Source: Candidatus Latescibacterota bacterium
GTDB lineage: Bacteria; Latescibacterota; UBA2968; UBA8231
Length of the DNA: 64,000 bases
Assembly: GCA_965204725.1 (NCBI GenBank)
Contig: OZ242005.1
Coordinates: 256,001 to 320,000, forward strand
Direction of reading: 5' to 3'
A model generated the notes under the pieces. It ran no database searches. It was not told the origin of the DNA and worked only from the letters and a program-made list of their open reading frames with translations. How positions within the stretch are numbered: the first letter of the stretch is position 1; every line of letters starts with the position of its first letter. Below are positions 18,273 to 26,660 of the stretch, in pieces. The position numbers and the translations under genes are program-made.

Positions 18273-20753
18273 TCAATACGCTACGGAAACAATGCGCGTC
18301 TGGGGCGTACCCGCGTGATCGGCTTCGGTCGAAATGCGCAACATGTATAGGCCCGGAGGCACTACCTGTCCAGCATCGTCGCGACCATCCCATGGTTGAG
18401 AATATCCTCCCGACGACAGATGGCGCTCAATAAAGCGCAGTCGCCGACCGTTCAAAGCAAATATCTCTAGATGCACCGGCCTCGGCGTTAGCAGCCGCTG
18501 TATATCAAAAGCGGCGACTATTTCGTCGTTGACCTCGTCGCCATTGGGCGTAAACGGATTGGGCGCGACCCTAAAGTTGGTCACGAGATTCTTGCTTTGC
18601 GCTGAAATATCGGCGATCACCGCTAGGGAATTGCGATCTGAGAGTTGGTCCGTCGCGGCGAAGTCCACCACGTCATTGTCCTGCACCCGCTGTGGCAGGA
18701 AGAGGGCCAGCGTATCGAGCCCACTCTCGCTACTCCCAAGTGCCAAAATACCGTTTCTGGTAAAGCGCCGCTCCACTTCTGCTCCTAAGGTATCTAGGAA
18801 GACGCTGGCGACGAAGTTAGTGCGGAAATCGATGACTCGCCCCTGAAAGCAGACCTTTACCAATACGTTGCGAACTTGGCCATCCTCAGCAGGGCTGATG
18901 GCTGGAAAACCAACGACGAACTGATCGTCGGCGACGTACAATTCTCGAAACTGATTCTCGCCGATCTCGCCTTCGCCGCCCGCTCGTTCCAAGTTCAGGA
19001 ACTCCCCGTCGCCTAGATCCACTTCCACCCCCTCAATGGCCTCTGTGCGCGCCGGAGTAAAAACCTGCAAGCGATTGAAGCCGTTGTTCTCGGCCCCTAT
19101 CTCAGCACTGAGGACCAATACAAAGGAGGTGTCGCGACCTGCAATTACATCCACGGCCGGAGCGATCTCACCGCCGATCTGATCCGTTATCTGTGGGGCA
19201 GAGTATTCAAAGCGTAAGTTGCTAATAATCGTGGCCGCCTCGGGTTCTTGGCTCAGAAACTCAACCTCTATCTGAATGAAGGGCCGACCACTCGGCGCAT
19301 TGATCAACTCGCCATTGTTGGCTAACTGGACGCCACTCCAAAACTCGAGATCAGGTTCGACATGGCGCCGTACATTGCCCGGCAGGGCCTTGTACTCCTT
19401 GCGGGTCAGGCGGACTCGCGCTCGATCCTCGGGCAGAGCGGCACTGAAGATCTCACGAGCCTCCAGATTGAAATTTTCATCGTTTAGGTCCACTTCTTGG
19501 CCTTCGGTCAATGAACCGAGCCTCCGGTCAATAATAGTTGCCCCCTCTGCACGCCACTCCACTTCGCGCTCAAAGTCATTGACGCGAAAAAGCACATCCG
19601 GCTCGGGATTGACGCCGGTCTGGACGCGTACGATAGCGCGCGACCTATTGGGATCGCCAATTTTTCTCTCGTCCCAGAAGATCCGCCCCAAGGTCGCCGG
19701 GGGCAGCGGCAGAGCATTGGAAGTATATACCGCTTCGGGCACGAAACCGTCGGCGAAAAACTCCATTTCAGCCAAGTCGTAGTCCAGCGGAGTCTGAAAA
19801 TCGAAGCGCGCATAGCGCATGTAAGCCTGCGGATCAAAGGCCACAGCAATGGTGTCTTCCACATTGACTGGTACGCTCGCCTCGGAAACGAAAGTCGGAA
19901 AAGTCGGAGCTATGCTAGTAAACCTAGGGAATGCCAACTGCCCAATGCTCGGATCGTCGAGACTAAGACCGGCGATTATCTTCTCAGTCTCAGGCAGCCC
20001 TCTATGGAAGGTGTAAGCGGAAACACGCGCAGGCTCTTCAAGACTGGGGTAGAGGCGGAACAAGCGAATTGGAAAGTAGCGTCCTAGGTCGATATAGAGG
20101 GTCCATATCTGCTTGACATCCTGCCCAACTCGGTCAATGCGCTCGAAATGGGTCAGTGGATCGCCATCGAAAACGCTCCCCAAGCCCTCTTGGAGTCGCT
20201 GATCAGTCAAAGCCCTTTCAAAAATGCCGAGAGTTGTGAGATTGAGCCCCTTGTTGTACTTATCGCCGCCGGGAGGGCGAGGAAAAGATTCGGCCACGTT
20301 GATCAGGGCCTCAATCTCGGTAATGCCAGCTTGGCGTAATAGCTGGACAGCCTCTAGGCTTTGCGGAAAGGGACTCCAGCGAGGAATCAAGACCGTGCCC
20401 GCCTCTACGATCGTGCCATCTTCAAGTTCGATATCAGTCGGTGCGACTACATCGGCTCTGGTTACATTAAGCGAGAAAGCAAAGAGGCTGGAATCGGTCG
20501 CCGCATCTACTTCGGTGGCGGTTAATGCAAGAGAGATTTCGGGAACGGGGACTACACGCAGTGGCGTGATAGGCCCAATGCCATTTTCATAGCTTTCAAA
20601 GTCTATTACTTCAATGAAGCGACTTTCTGAAAGCGGCCCCTGTTTGGCTTCGGCCCAAGTTGTGTTGCCCGGGATGGCAAATAGACGCAACTCTGCAGCA
20701 TTTGCTACCCCACCTGCCAAAATCAGCACGGCGACACAAATACCAACTCTCAT
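18273..20753 (-). CDS. Large secreted protein, paralog of 14901..18236, with FlgD-Ig / gliding-motility-type C-terminal domain
   Basis: Probable start MRVGICVAVL (signal peptide); 'FDGDPLTHF..IDLGRYF'; C-terminal 'PNPFTPNGDEVND..WDGRDDAGQVVPPGLY'. Confidence 0.8.
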   Translation of the reverse strand: MRVGICVAVLILAGGVANAAELRLFAIPGNTTWAEAKQGPLSESRFIEVIDFESYENGIGPITPLRVVPVPEISLALTATEVDAATDSSLFAFSLNVTRADVVAPTDIELEDGTIVEAGTVLIPRWSPFPQSLEAVQLLRQAGITEIEALINVAESFPRPPGGDKYNKGLNLTTLGIFERALTDQRLQEGLGSVFDGDPLTHFERIDRVGQDVKQIWTLYIDLGRYFPIRLFRLYPSLEEPARVSAYTFHRGLPETEKIIAGLSLDDPSIGQLAFPRFTSIAPTFPTFVSEASVPVNVEDTIAVAFDPQAYMRYARFDFQTPLDYDLAEMEFFADGFVPEAVYTSNALPLPPATLGRIFWDERKIGDPNRSRAIVRVQTGVNPEPDVLFRVNDFEREVEWRAEGATIIDRRLGSLTEGQEVDLNDENFNLEAREIFSAALPEDRARVRLTRKEYKALPGNVRRHVEPDLEFWSGVQLANNGELINAPSGRPFIQIEVEFLSQEPEAATIISNLRFEYSAPQITDQIGGEIAPAVDVIAGRDTSFVLVLSAEIGAENNGFNRLQVFTPARTEAIEGVEVDLGDGEFLNLERAGGEGEIGENQFRELYVADDQFVVGFPAISPAEDGQVRNVLVKVCFQGRVIDFRTNFVASVFLDTLGAEVERRFTRNGILALGSSESGLDTLALFLPQRVQDNDVVDFAATDQLSDRNSLAVIADISAQSKNLVTNFRVAPNPFTPNGDEVNDEIVAAFDIQRLLTPRPVHLEIFALNGRRLRFIERHLSSGGYSQPWDGRDDAGQVVPPGLYMLRISTEADHAGTPQTRIVSVAY

Positions 20754-20860
20754 TCCGTTACTCCCCGGTAGAATTTGCCCGGATCGCAGCATGGGCAAAC
20801 AGGAGCGAGGTATTATGACGCGAGGAAGGTAGCTATCTACGTTATGCGATAGCCACGAGA

Positions 20861-20904
20861 TAATTTTAAGGAGAGGAGGAAGCATTCCCCCTCTCCTTAA
20901 ATTA
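20861..20904 (-). terminator. Strong intergenic stem-loop (partial terminator or mRNA-stabilising hairpin)
   Basis: TTTAAGGAGAGGAGGAA-GCA-TTCCCCCTCTCCTTAAA inverted repeat just downstream of the 20927 stop; weak U-tract. Confidence 0.55.
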
Positions 20905-20926
20905 GGAAAACAGCAGGACGCTACTA

Positions 20927-21823
20927 TTACTCAATCGCGGCCTTGATGCGGCCCCAAGACTCTTCTTCGACCGACGTTTCACCGGTGCCGACCAAGCGAC
21001 CATCGACGAAACGCTCGGCATAGCGCCAAGTCGCGGCCTGACCAGACAAGGTGTGAAAGGCGCGGTACTCTGACGGGCCTGTATCCATGTCCTGAGCCGA
21101 AATTTGGAACCCAATGATCTTGCCGTCGAAGAGAGGCGACGGGACGCTGTCGTCGGGACTATTCCAGATCAGATCGTCGAAAGGCGTGACGAAAAATTCG
21201 ATGATCGTAGTCGTCGGTCCGTCCCCGACCGAACCCCCACCGCCATCGGCGTAGGGCAGCGCGTTGACCCACTCGGTGCCTTTGCCCAGATAGCCGACAT
21301 GGCGGCCGTCAGGAGTATCGCCGATAGCCACGTACTGCTGAGCCGTGCGGTTGTTATTCAGGTCTTTCTCTTCGTCGGTCCAGTTCTCGTCAGCCGAACC
21401 GGTATAGTCTCCACCGGTGTGGTCGCCATCAAGCATGAACTCAATAGCATCTTGCCGCCACAAGCTACCCAAGTCACCGCCAGCGTACTCGTTGATGTAC
21501 ACATTGTCGATGCGCTCCATACCCATCCAGATGGTTCCGGCATTGCCGTTCCAGCCCAGCCAGATGCGGTAGTCTAGGTCTGCCGGATCGTACTGAGCAC
21601 CATCGCCTACAGTCGGATCGTGAAAGAAATCAGTCGTGGTCAGCGCAGCATCACCAATCACGTCTTCCCAGTCTGCTATGCTGGCATCGCGCAGATCGAT
21701 GTCAGCCAGATCCGCCTCGGAAACTTCAAAGAGCAGGTAGATCTGTTCGCCAATATGTGCGTTGGCACCGCTCGTCAGGCCCACTATCAGGCCCATAGCG
21801 ATAAGGCCATATAGACGTTTCAT
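20927..21823 (-). CDS. Secreted CBM9/DOMON-like protein with C-terminal 'SWGRIK' tail
   Basis: RBS GGAAGGAG, start MKRLYGLIAMGLIVGLTSGANA (signal peptide); 'WRQDAIEFMLDGD', 'IIGFQISAQDMD'; ends TSVEEESWGRIKAAIE. Confidence 0.7.
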   Translation of the reverse strand: MKRLYGLIAMGLIVGLTSGANAHIGEQIYLLFEVSEADLADIDLRDASIADWEDVIGDAALTTTDFFHDPTVGDGAQYDPADLDYRIWLGWNGNAGTIWMGMERIDNVYINEYAGGDLGSLWRQDAIEFMLDGDHTGGDYTGSADENWTDEEKDLNNNRTAQQYVAIGDTPDGRHVGYLGKGTEWVNALPYADGGGGSVGDGPTTTIIEFFVTPFDDLIWNSPDDSVPSPLFDGKIIGFQISAQDMDTGPSEYRAFHTLSGQAATWRYAERFVDGRLVGTGETSVEEESWGRIKAAIE

Positions 21824-21830
21824 AAGTTGC

Positions 21831-22100
21831 GACTCCTTCCAATACCCCTTATCGGGAGTGTGGTGGTTTGGGGCAGCGACCTTTTCGGCTCGAACTGCGT
21901 CGTAGCACAGCCCTCCATTGCTTATTGCCTTCATAGGTCTGTCTTCCCCTGCATGATATGGATTGCCCCCTAGTAGTCGTGTACTTAGGGGCCTCTGTTA
22001 GGAAATAATTATAAAGTTTTCTCGATTGTAATTCAAGTATCTTGTATTCGGCAGTGCTTGGCCCGTTGGCATACTCCCGATAAGGGGTATTATCAGGAGT
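21831..22100. repeat. ~31-bp imperfect inverted repeat pair (21831-21862 / 22070-22100) bracketing a promoter
   Basis: Core AATACCCCTTATCGGGAGTGTG (21841-62) vs CATACTCCCGATAAGGGGTATT (22070-91), 21/22 match in reverse complement, plus a shared outer AGGAGT. Confidence 0.85.
22008..22036 (-). promoter_or_regulatory. sigma70-type promoter for the 21823->9573 operon
   Basis: TTGAAT-17 nt-TATAAT on the minus strand in an AT-rich patch. Confidence 0.75.
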
Positions 22101-22114
22101 TAAGCGAGGCGTAT

Positions 22115-23020
22115 TTATTGAGCATCTCCAGCGTCGTCGCCGGTGCTATCTCCGGCCGGGTCGTCCGCATCGTCGTCCGCGCTTTCTTCGTCCTTATCTT
22201 TCCGAAAGCGAATGTGCTTTATGTCGTGCATACCAATCGCAAACCGACCCGAACCTACGGTTCCCGTAAAGGCCTGGTTGACGCGCTCGAAATAGCTCTT
22301 GTCGGTCTCGCCCGAAAGGCGGACTAGGCTCGCCTCGACCGTGCCCATAACGGTTTTTCCCGACCAGTAGGTCGCCGTTATCGGCCTAAACTCGTCGCCC
22401 GTCCCGCCGTCCTCAAAGTCGATTCGCTCCACTTTGTCTAGGGGGATAAAGCGCTTGTCGCGGCCCTTGAAAAAGTCGAGCCGCTGCTTGCCGTGAAAGC
22501 GCAAATTCTCCACCTCAAAGCGCCGGCCGTTTAAGGTGATGATCGTGGCCTTGAGGGCCTTTTCCGTCGGCGGCTCCTCGCCGATGGGAGGGCGCAAGAC
22601 AATCTCTTGCACATCGCTGGCGAGAATAAAGAACGGCCCTAGCTCGGTCACCCCAGCGAAGCGACGCCCGCTACTCCCGCCGCCGACGGCGTCTTGGTGG
22701 GGCGAAGAAGCACTGCCCGTCACCATCAGGCCCGATTCTTGGCCGCCGTTCCAGAACACGAGCACGACGCGCTGTTCCTCGTCGCTGCGCTCCCCTTCAA
22801 AGCGCAACTTGGCAACCTTGACCAGTTCCACCAGCCGACGCTGGCCTTGGACGTAGATTTCCAAATCCTGACGCCCTTGAAAGGTGAACTTATTTACTTG
22901 GTGCTGGTTTCCGTAGCGATCGATAATGGTCGCTTTGAGGGGAGAAGTAGCAGCTCCACTGGCCGATGCCCAGAGCGCGGCCAAGAGTATAACTCCACCC
23001 CATAGTCCTTTGCGCTGCAT
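22115..23020 (-). CDS. Secreted hypothetical protein with two tandem internal domain repeats and acidic tail
   Basis: Signal peptide; repeats 'LKATIIDRYGNQHQVNKFTFQG' / 'LKATIITLNGRRFEVENLRFHG'. Confidence 0.75.
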   Translation of the reverse strand: MQRKGLWGGVILLAALWASASGAATSPLKATIIDRYGNQHQVNKFTFQGRQDLEIYVQGQRRLVELVKVAKLRFEGERSDEEQRVVLVFWNGGQESGLMVTGSASSPHQDAVGGGSSGRRFAGVTELGPFFILASDVQEIVLRPPIGEEPPTEKALKATIITLNGRRFEVENLRFHGKQRLDFFKGRDKRFIPLDKVERIDFEDGGTGDEFRPITATYWSGKTVMGTVEASLVRLSGETDKSYFERVNQAFTGTVGSGRFAIGMHDIKHIRFRKDKDEESADDDADDPAGDSTGDDAGDAQ

Positions 23021-23040
23021 GGTATTGCTCCGCGAGAAGC

Positions 23041-23733
23041 CTAAGGCTGTGCGGCCCCTTCGCCCCCGCCTTCGCCCGGTTGTGCCGGCGAGGGAGGCGC
23101 GATGAGGATGTTTTGGGTCTGTCCCATGCTTACCTGCACGGGCCTAATTTCGTCCAAACCAGTGGGAGAGTTTTCAAGCCTAACCTTGTACTCGCCCACC
23201 GGCACGATAAAGTAGCGCACCTCGGTCGAGGTCATGCCTCGGCCCAGCATCGTCCGCAAATTGTAGTCAAAAATCAAGAACGGCACCTGACTGCGGCCTT
23301 GGGCATCAGAAAAAATGATCTGAAAACGGCCGATGGGTATGGTCGCGTACATTTCCTGCCCCATCAGGACTTCGACTTCCTTCTCGACGCTGTCGTCGAT
23401 ATCCGTATTGACCACAACCCGATAACTGCCAGGGTCGAGATCGACGAACTGCGGCAGAGAGCGGTACCCTGTCTCGTATCCTATGGGTGAACTCGCAGCC
23501 ATGCGAGGCGATTCCGAGTGAACCTCCTCGCCGGTTTCTTCGTCGAGTATATAGTAGTTTACTTCGTTGATCCCTCCCGTCTCCAATATGAGCCGCCCCT
23601 TGCCTTCGGGAATAGGGGGTAGCCCATAGCCGCCGCCGCCGCCGCCCGTGGTAGCACAGCCCGCCACGACAGCCACTAGCGCACCAACCAGAAGCCACTT
23701 TTGAACCTGTGTATATTCGACTTTCGACGCCAT
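23041..23733 (-). CDS. Hypothetical lipoprotein (beta-sandwich/PEGA-like repeats)
   Basis: RBS GGAGGG; lipobox VAGC plus Gly linker; 'LDPGSYRVVV', 'VPVGEYKVRL'. Confidence 0.75.
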   Translation of the reverse strand: MASKVEYTQVQKWLLVGALVAVVAGCATTGGGGGGYGLPPIPEGKGRLILETGGINEVNYYILDEETGEEVHSESPRMAASSPIGYETGYRSLPQFVDLDPGSYRVVVNTDIDDSVEKEVEVLMGQEMYATIPIGRFQIIFSDAQGRSQVPFLIFDYNLRTMLGRGMTSTEVRYFIVPVGEYKVRLENSPTGLDEIRPVQVSMGQTQNILIAPPSPAQPGEGGGEGAAQP

Positions 23734-23797
23734 CTTTCCCTCCTTGTGCCGAGCGGTGGAAAACGGACTTAACTACCTAAGAGCCAAGCTGTTGAAC

Positions 23798-23826
23798 ATA
23801 ATATATAGGCTCTCAGCGGCTGTCAA
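23798..23826 (-). promoter_or_regulatory. sigma70-type promoter
   Basis: TTGACA-17 nt-TATTAT upstream of 23733. Confidence 0.65.
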
Positions 23827-25443
23827 CTACTCATCCCCGGCCGCCAGAGACACCAGAATGAAGTGTCGGTCCGCTCCCGGCTGCCGACTAACGAAGCGCA
23901 TAAACTCTGCTTCGTCGTGCCACTGGCGCGGGTGCGCCGAAGGGATCGTCACGCCTCGGCGCAAGAGGTCTTGCCAAAAAGGCTCGTTATCCACGACGAA
24001 GCCAGCCGCCGCTAGAAAGTAGTCTGCGCCCTCGGCCGCGAGGCGGTCGAGCCGCTCGGGCACAAACTCGGGCGGGGTTATTTGCCATCCCTTGCGATGG
24101 CAGTAGTAGAGCAAGGTCGGGCTTTGCGACCGGTGCGGTACGCCGGTGTTTTCGTCTTCGTCGCCGATGACCAGCAGCGCGTCCGGCGGCAGCTTGGCGT
24201 CGAGTATCCGTCCCACCAAGTAGCAGCTCTGGTAGTAGTTGTGCCAATTGTTGGGCTGCGCGTAATACGGCCTAACGGCCCAAGCACTGTAGGCGGCGAC
24301 CCCGACGATCAGAGCACCTACTAAAACGATGCGCCAAGGGTGCTTCCAGTTCCGCATGAACCTACTCCATCTCGCCAATGCAGTATCGGCCCGGATAATG
24401 GCTTCGAGCGTCCGCCCAGCGAGCAGCGCCCCAACCGGAACAAAGGGCAACTGGTAGTAATGCAGCCCGCGATTGCCCTCGGGCACGACAAAGACGTAGA
24501 GCATCAGCCCGCCCATCCACACCCAGAGCGTCCACTCGCGCCGTTGGGTCGGTGTCGGCACTAGGGCGAGTCCAGCCAAAACCAAGACCGCCCCTACCGG
24601 CGTATAGACGCGGTGCCAGAAGCGCTCCAATAGCGTCCAGTAGAAATCAGTCGTAAGGAGCAGGCTGTGGTCCCACTTGTCGTAGCCGTAGCGGTTCCAT
24701 ATACCAAACGTCAGGCCGGTTTCCTCAAAGAGCAGGTTCACGTGCCAATACCAGAGTACGGCGGGCGTCAAGGTCAGCACGAGGTAGAGCCAAAGCGCGG
24801 GCTTGCGGGCGAAGCGCCATCCCCAGCGCACCCAAGCTAAGGCGACCAGCGGGAAACCGAGATAGAGCGTCGGTATTTTGACGAGGAAACACAGAGCGGC
24901 CAAAAGGGCCGCTAGCGCGAAGTCCCATGGGCGTCCGCTGTCAATCCACCGCACGAAAGCCCAAAGTAGCCCCACGCTCAAGAGGATCATCAGCCCCTCG
25001 GGCATAAAAGTGCGCCCGTAGTAGATGCTCATGGGAAAGAGCAGATAGAGCAGGGCGGCCAACAGCGCACCCAGCCGCGCCAAGCCCAATCGCCGCCCTA
25101 GCCCATAGAGCAATGCCGCGGCCGCGGTCGAGCACAGTGCCGCTACGAGCCGCCCGATCCATTCATAGACACCATCGGCGGCGGCGTAGAGCAGGGCAAC
25201 GAGGAAGGGGTACAGAGGAAAATTCGCCTCCACGTACCCAGGGGTAGTGCCGCGCCAATCGACGCGCGGATAGAAGAGCGAATAGCCCTCTTCGTAAAAG
25301 TTGCGGGCTATGGCGGCCGTGTCCGTCTGGCGCCAAGCCTGCTTGTCGGTCAGGGGAGCTTGCAGGTTTACAAACCGCAGGGCTAGCCCTAGGGCAAGGA
25401 CGATATAGAGGTAAGAAGCGCCCGTAGCCCCCTTTATTTGCAT
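23827..25443 (-). CDS. Glycosyltransferase family 39 / ArnT-PMT-like polytopic membrane protein
   Basis: 'WRQTDTAAIARNF', 'YGRTFMPE', 'LVKIP'; many TM helices. Confidence 0.85.
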   Translation of the reverse strand: MQIKGATGASYLYIVLALGLALRFVNLQAPLTDKQAWRQTDTAAIARNFYEEGYSLFYPRVDWRGTTPGYVEANFPLYPFLVALLYAAADGVYEWIGRLVAALCSTAAAALLYGLGRRLGLARLGALLAALLYLLFPMSIYYGRTFMPEGLMILLSVGLLWAFVRWIDSGRPWDFALAALLAALCFLVKIPTLYLGFPLVALAWVRWGWRFARKPALWLYLVLTLTPAVLWYWHVNLLFEETGLTFGIWNRYGYDKWDHSLLLTTDFYWTLLERFWHRVYTPVGAVLVLAGLALVPTPTQRREWTLWVWMGGLMLYVFVVPEGNRGLHYYQLPFVPVGALLAGRTLEAIIRADTALARWSRFMRNWKHPWRIVLVGALIVGVAAYSAWAVRPYYAQPNNWHNYYQSCYLVGRILDAKLPPDALLVIGDEDENTGVPHRSQSPTLLYYCHRKGWQITPPEFVPERLDRLAAEGADYFLAAAGFVVDNEPFWQDLLRRGVTIPSAHPRQWHDEAEFMRFVSRQPGADRHFILVSLAAGDE

Positions 25444-25449
25444 GTCAGA

Positions 25450-26625
25450 TCAGTAGGGACGCCAGCTCGGCGACATATCGTCGCGGTCGTCGTTGTCGGT
25501 GAGGTTGATGGGCATCAGCGGCGGCGCGTCCATCTCGTCCAAGTCGAATCCAGCCGTTCCGACCAAGTAAATGTCGTATTCGTCGTCGCCCATCTTGCCC
25601 GCATAAGCGATCCCCTTGCCATCGGGCGACCAGACAGGCTCTTGCTCGTAGGTTTTTTCGGCAATTGAGATGCGGGTTTGCCCTTGCCCGTCGGCCCGCA
25701 TGAGCATCAGCTCTTGGCCGCCAAATTCCTCCGAGTTGTAAACCAAGCGGTCGCCTTGGGGAGAAAACGACGCGAACCAGTCGAGCTTGCGGCGGTTCTC
25801 GGTGAGGCGCGTCCGATTCGACCCGTCGAGATCGATGAGGTAGATCTCGTCGTTGTCGTCAAAAGCCGAAGAAGTAAAGGCGAGGCGGCGGCCATCGGGC
25901 GAAAACGAAGGCTCGCGGCCTTGGACCAGCTTGCGCGGGTTGGACCCATCGGCGGCCATGAGCCAAATGGCCACATCGCCATCGCGCTGGCTGACGAAGG
26001 CGATCGTCTTGCCGTCGGGCGAAAAAACGCCGCGCTGGTCGCGCTCGGGATGTTCGGTTAGGCGCGTGACATTCGAGCTGTCGGCATCCATGACGTAGAT
26101 GTCGATGTTGGTCATCACGTCGCCGCGGGTGAAGAGGATCTGCTTGCCGTCGGGCGACCAAGAGGGGTGCTGCTCGGGTTCGGGGGTGTCGGTTAGCTGC
26201 TGGCGGTCGCTGCCATCGGCCTTTATGGTAAACAAGTCCCAGTTGCGGACGTTTTTCTTGGTCGAGGCGTAGAGAATCGTGCCCTCGCGTTTGAAAGCAG
26301 CATTGCTGCCAGCGGGAATATCGAAGATGGCCTCGTAGGTCCGCACCCCCCATAGCGGCGGCGATTCCACTTGCAAGACCTCGCTCCCTAGATAATCCCC
26401 TGCGGCGACCTGGACGGAGTACGCACCGCGACCCAATTCGATTTTGCTGGCCGGCTCGGGCAAGACGTAGGTTCCGGCTTTGACCAAGTGGTTGAATTTG
26501 TATTGAACGTCATTGGCGTCTAAGCGCACGAACTGGCCGTCCCCGCCCTTGATCTCGATTTTAACTTGGTTCGAGCCACACCCTGCGACCGCGACCGCTA
26601 AAACCAATGCAAATAGCTTAAACAT
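25450..26625 (-). CDS. TolB-like PD40 beta-propeller lipoprotein
   Basis: Lipobox VAGC; repeated 'PSWSPDGKQI', 'FSPDGKTIAFVS' motifs. Confidence 0.85.
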   Translation of the reverse strand: MFKLFALVLAVAVAGCGSNQVKIEIKGGDGQFVRLDANDVQYKFNHLVKAGTYVLPEPASKIELGRGAYSVQVAAGDYLGSEVLQVESPPLWGVRTYEAIFDIPAGSNAAFKREGTILYASTKKNVRNWDLFTIKADGSDRQQLTDTPEPEQHPSWSPDGKQILFTRGDVMTNIDIYVMDADSSNVTRLTEHPERDQRGVFSPDGKTIAFVSQRDGDVAIWLMAADGSNPRKLVQGREPSFSPDGRRLAFTSSAFDDNDEIYLIDLDGSNRTRLTENRRKLDWFASFSPQGDRLVYNSEEFGGQELMLMRADGQGQTRISIAEKTYEQEPVWSPDGKGIAYAGKMGDDEYDIYLVGTAGFDLDEMDAPPLMPINLTDNDDRDDMSPSWRPY

Positions 26626-26660
26626 GTATGCTCCCTACTGAGACTCGGCCCATCAGGCCA

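Noticed and set aside
21824-21934. Upstream ATG extension of the CBM9-like gene, or a known riboswitch in its leader
   Set aside because: The signal peptide and strong RBS point to 21823; no Rfam-like consensus recognised, although a hairpin is present at ~21965-21992.
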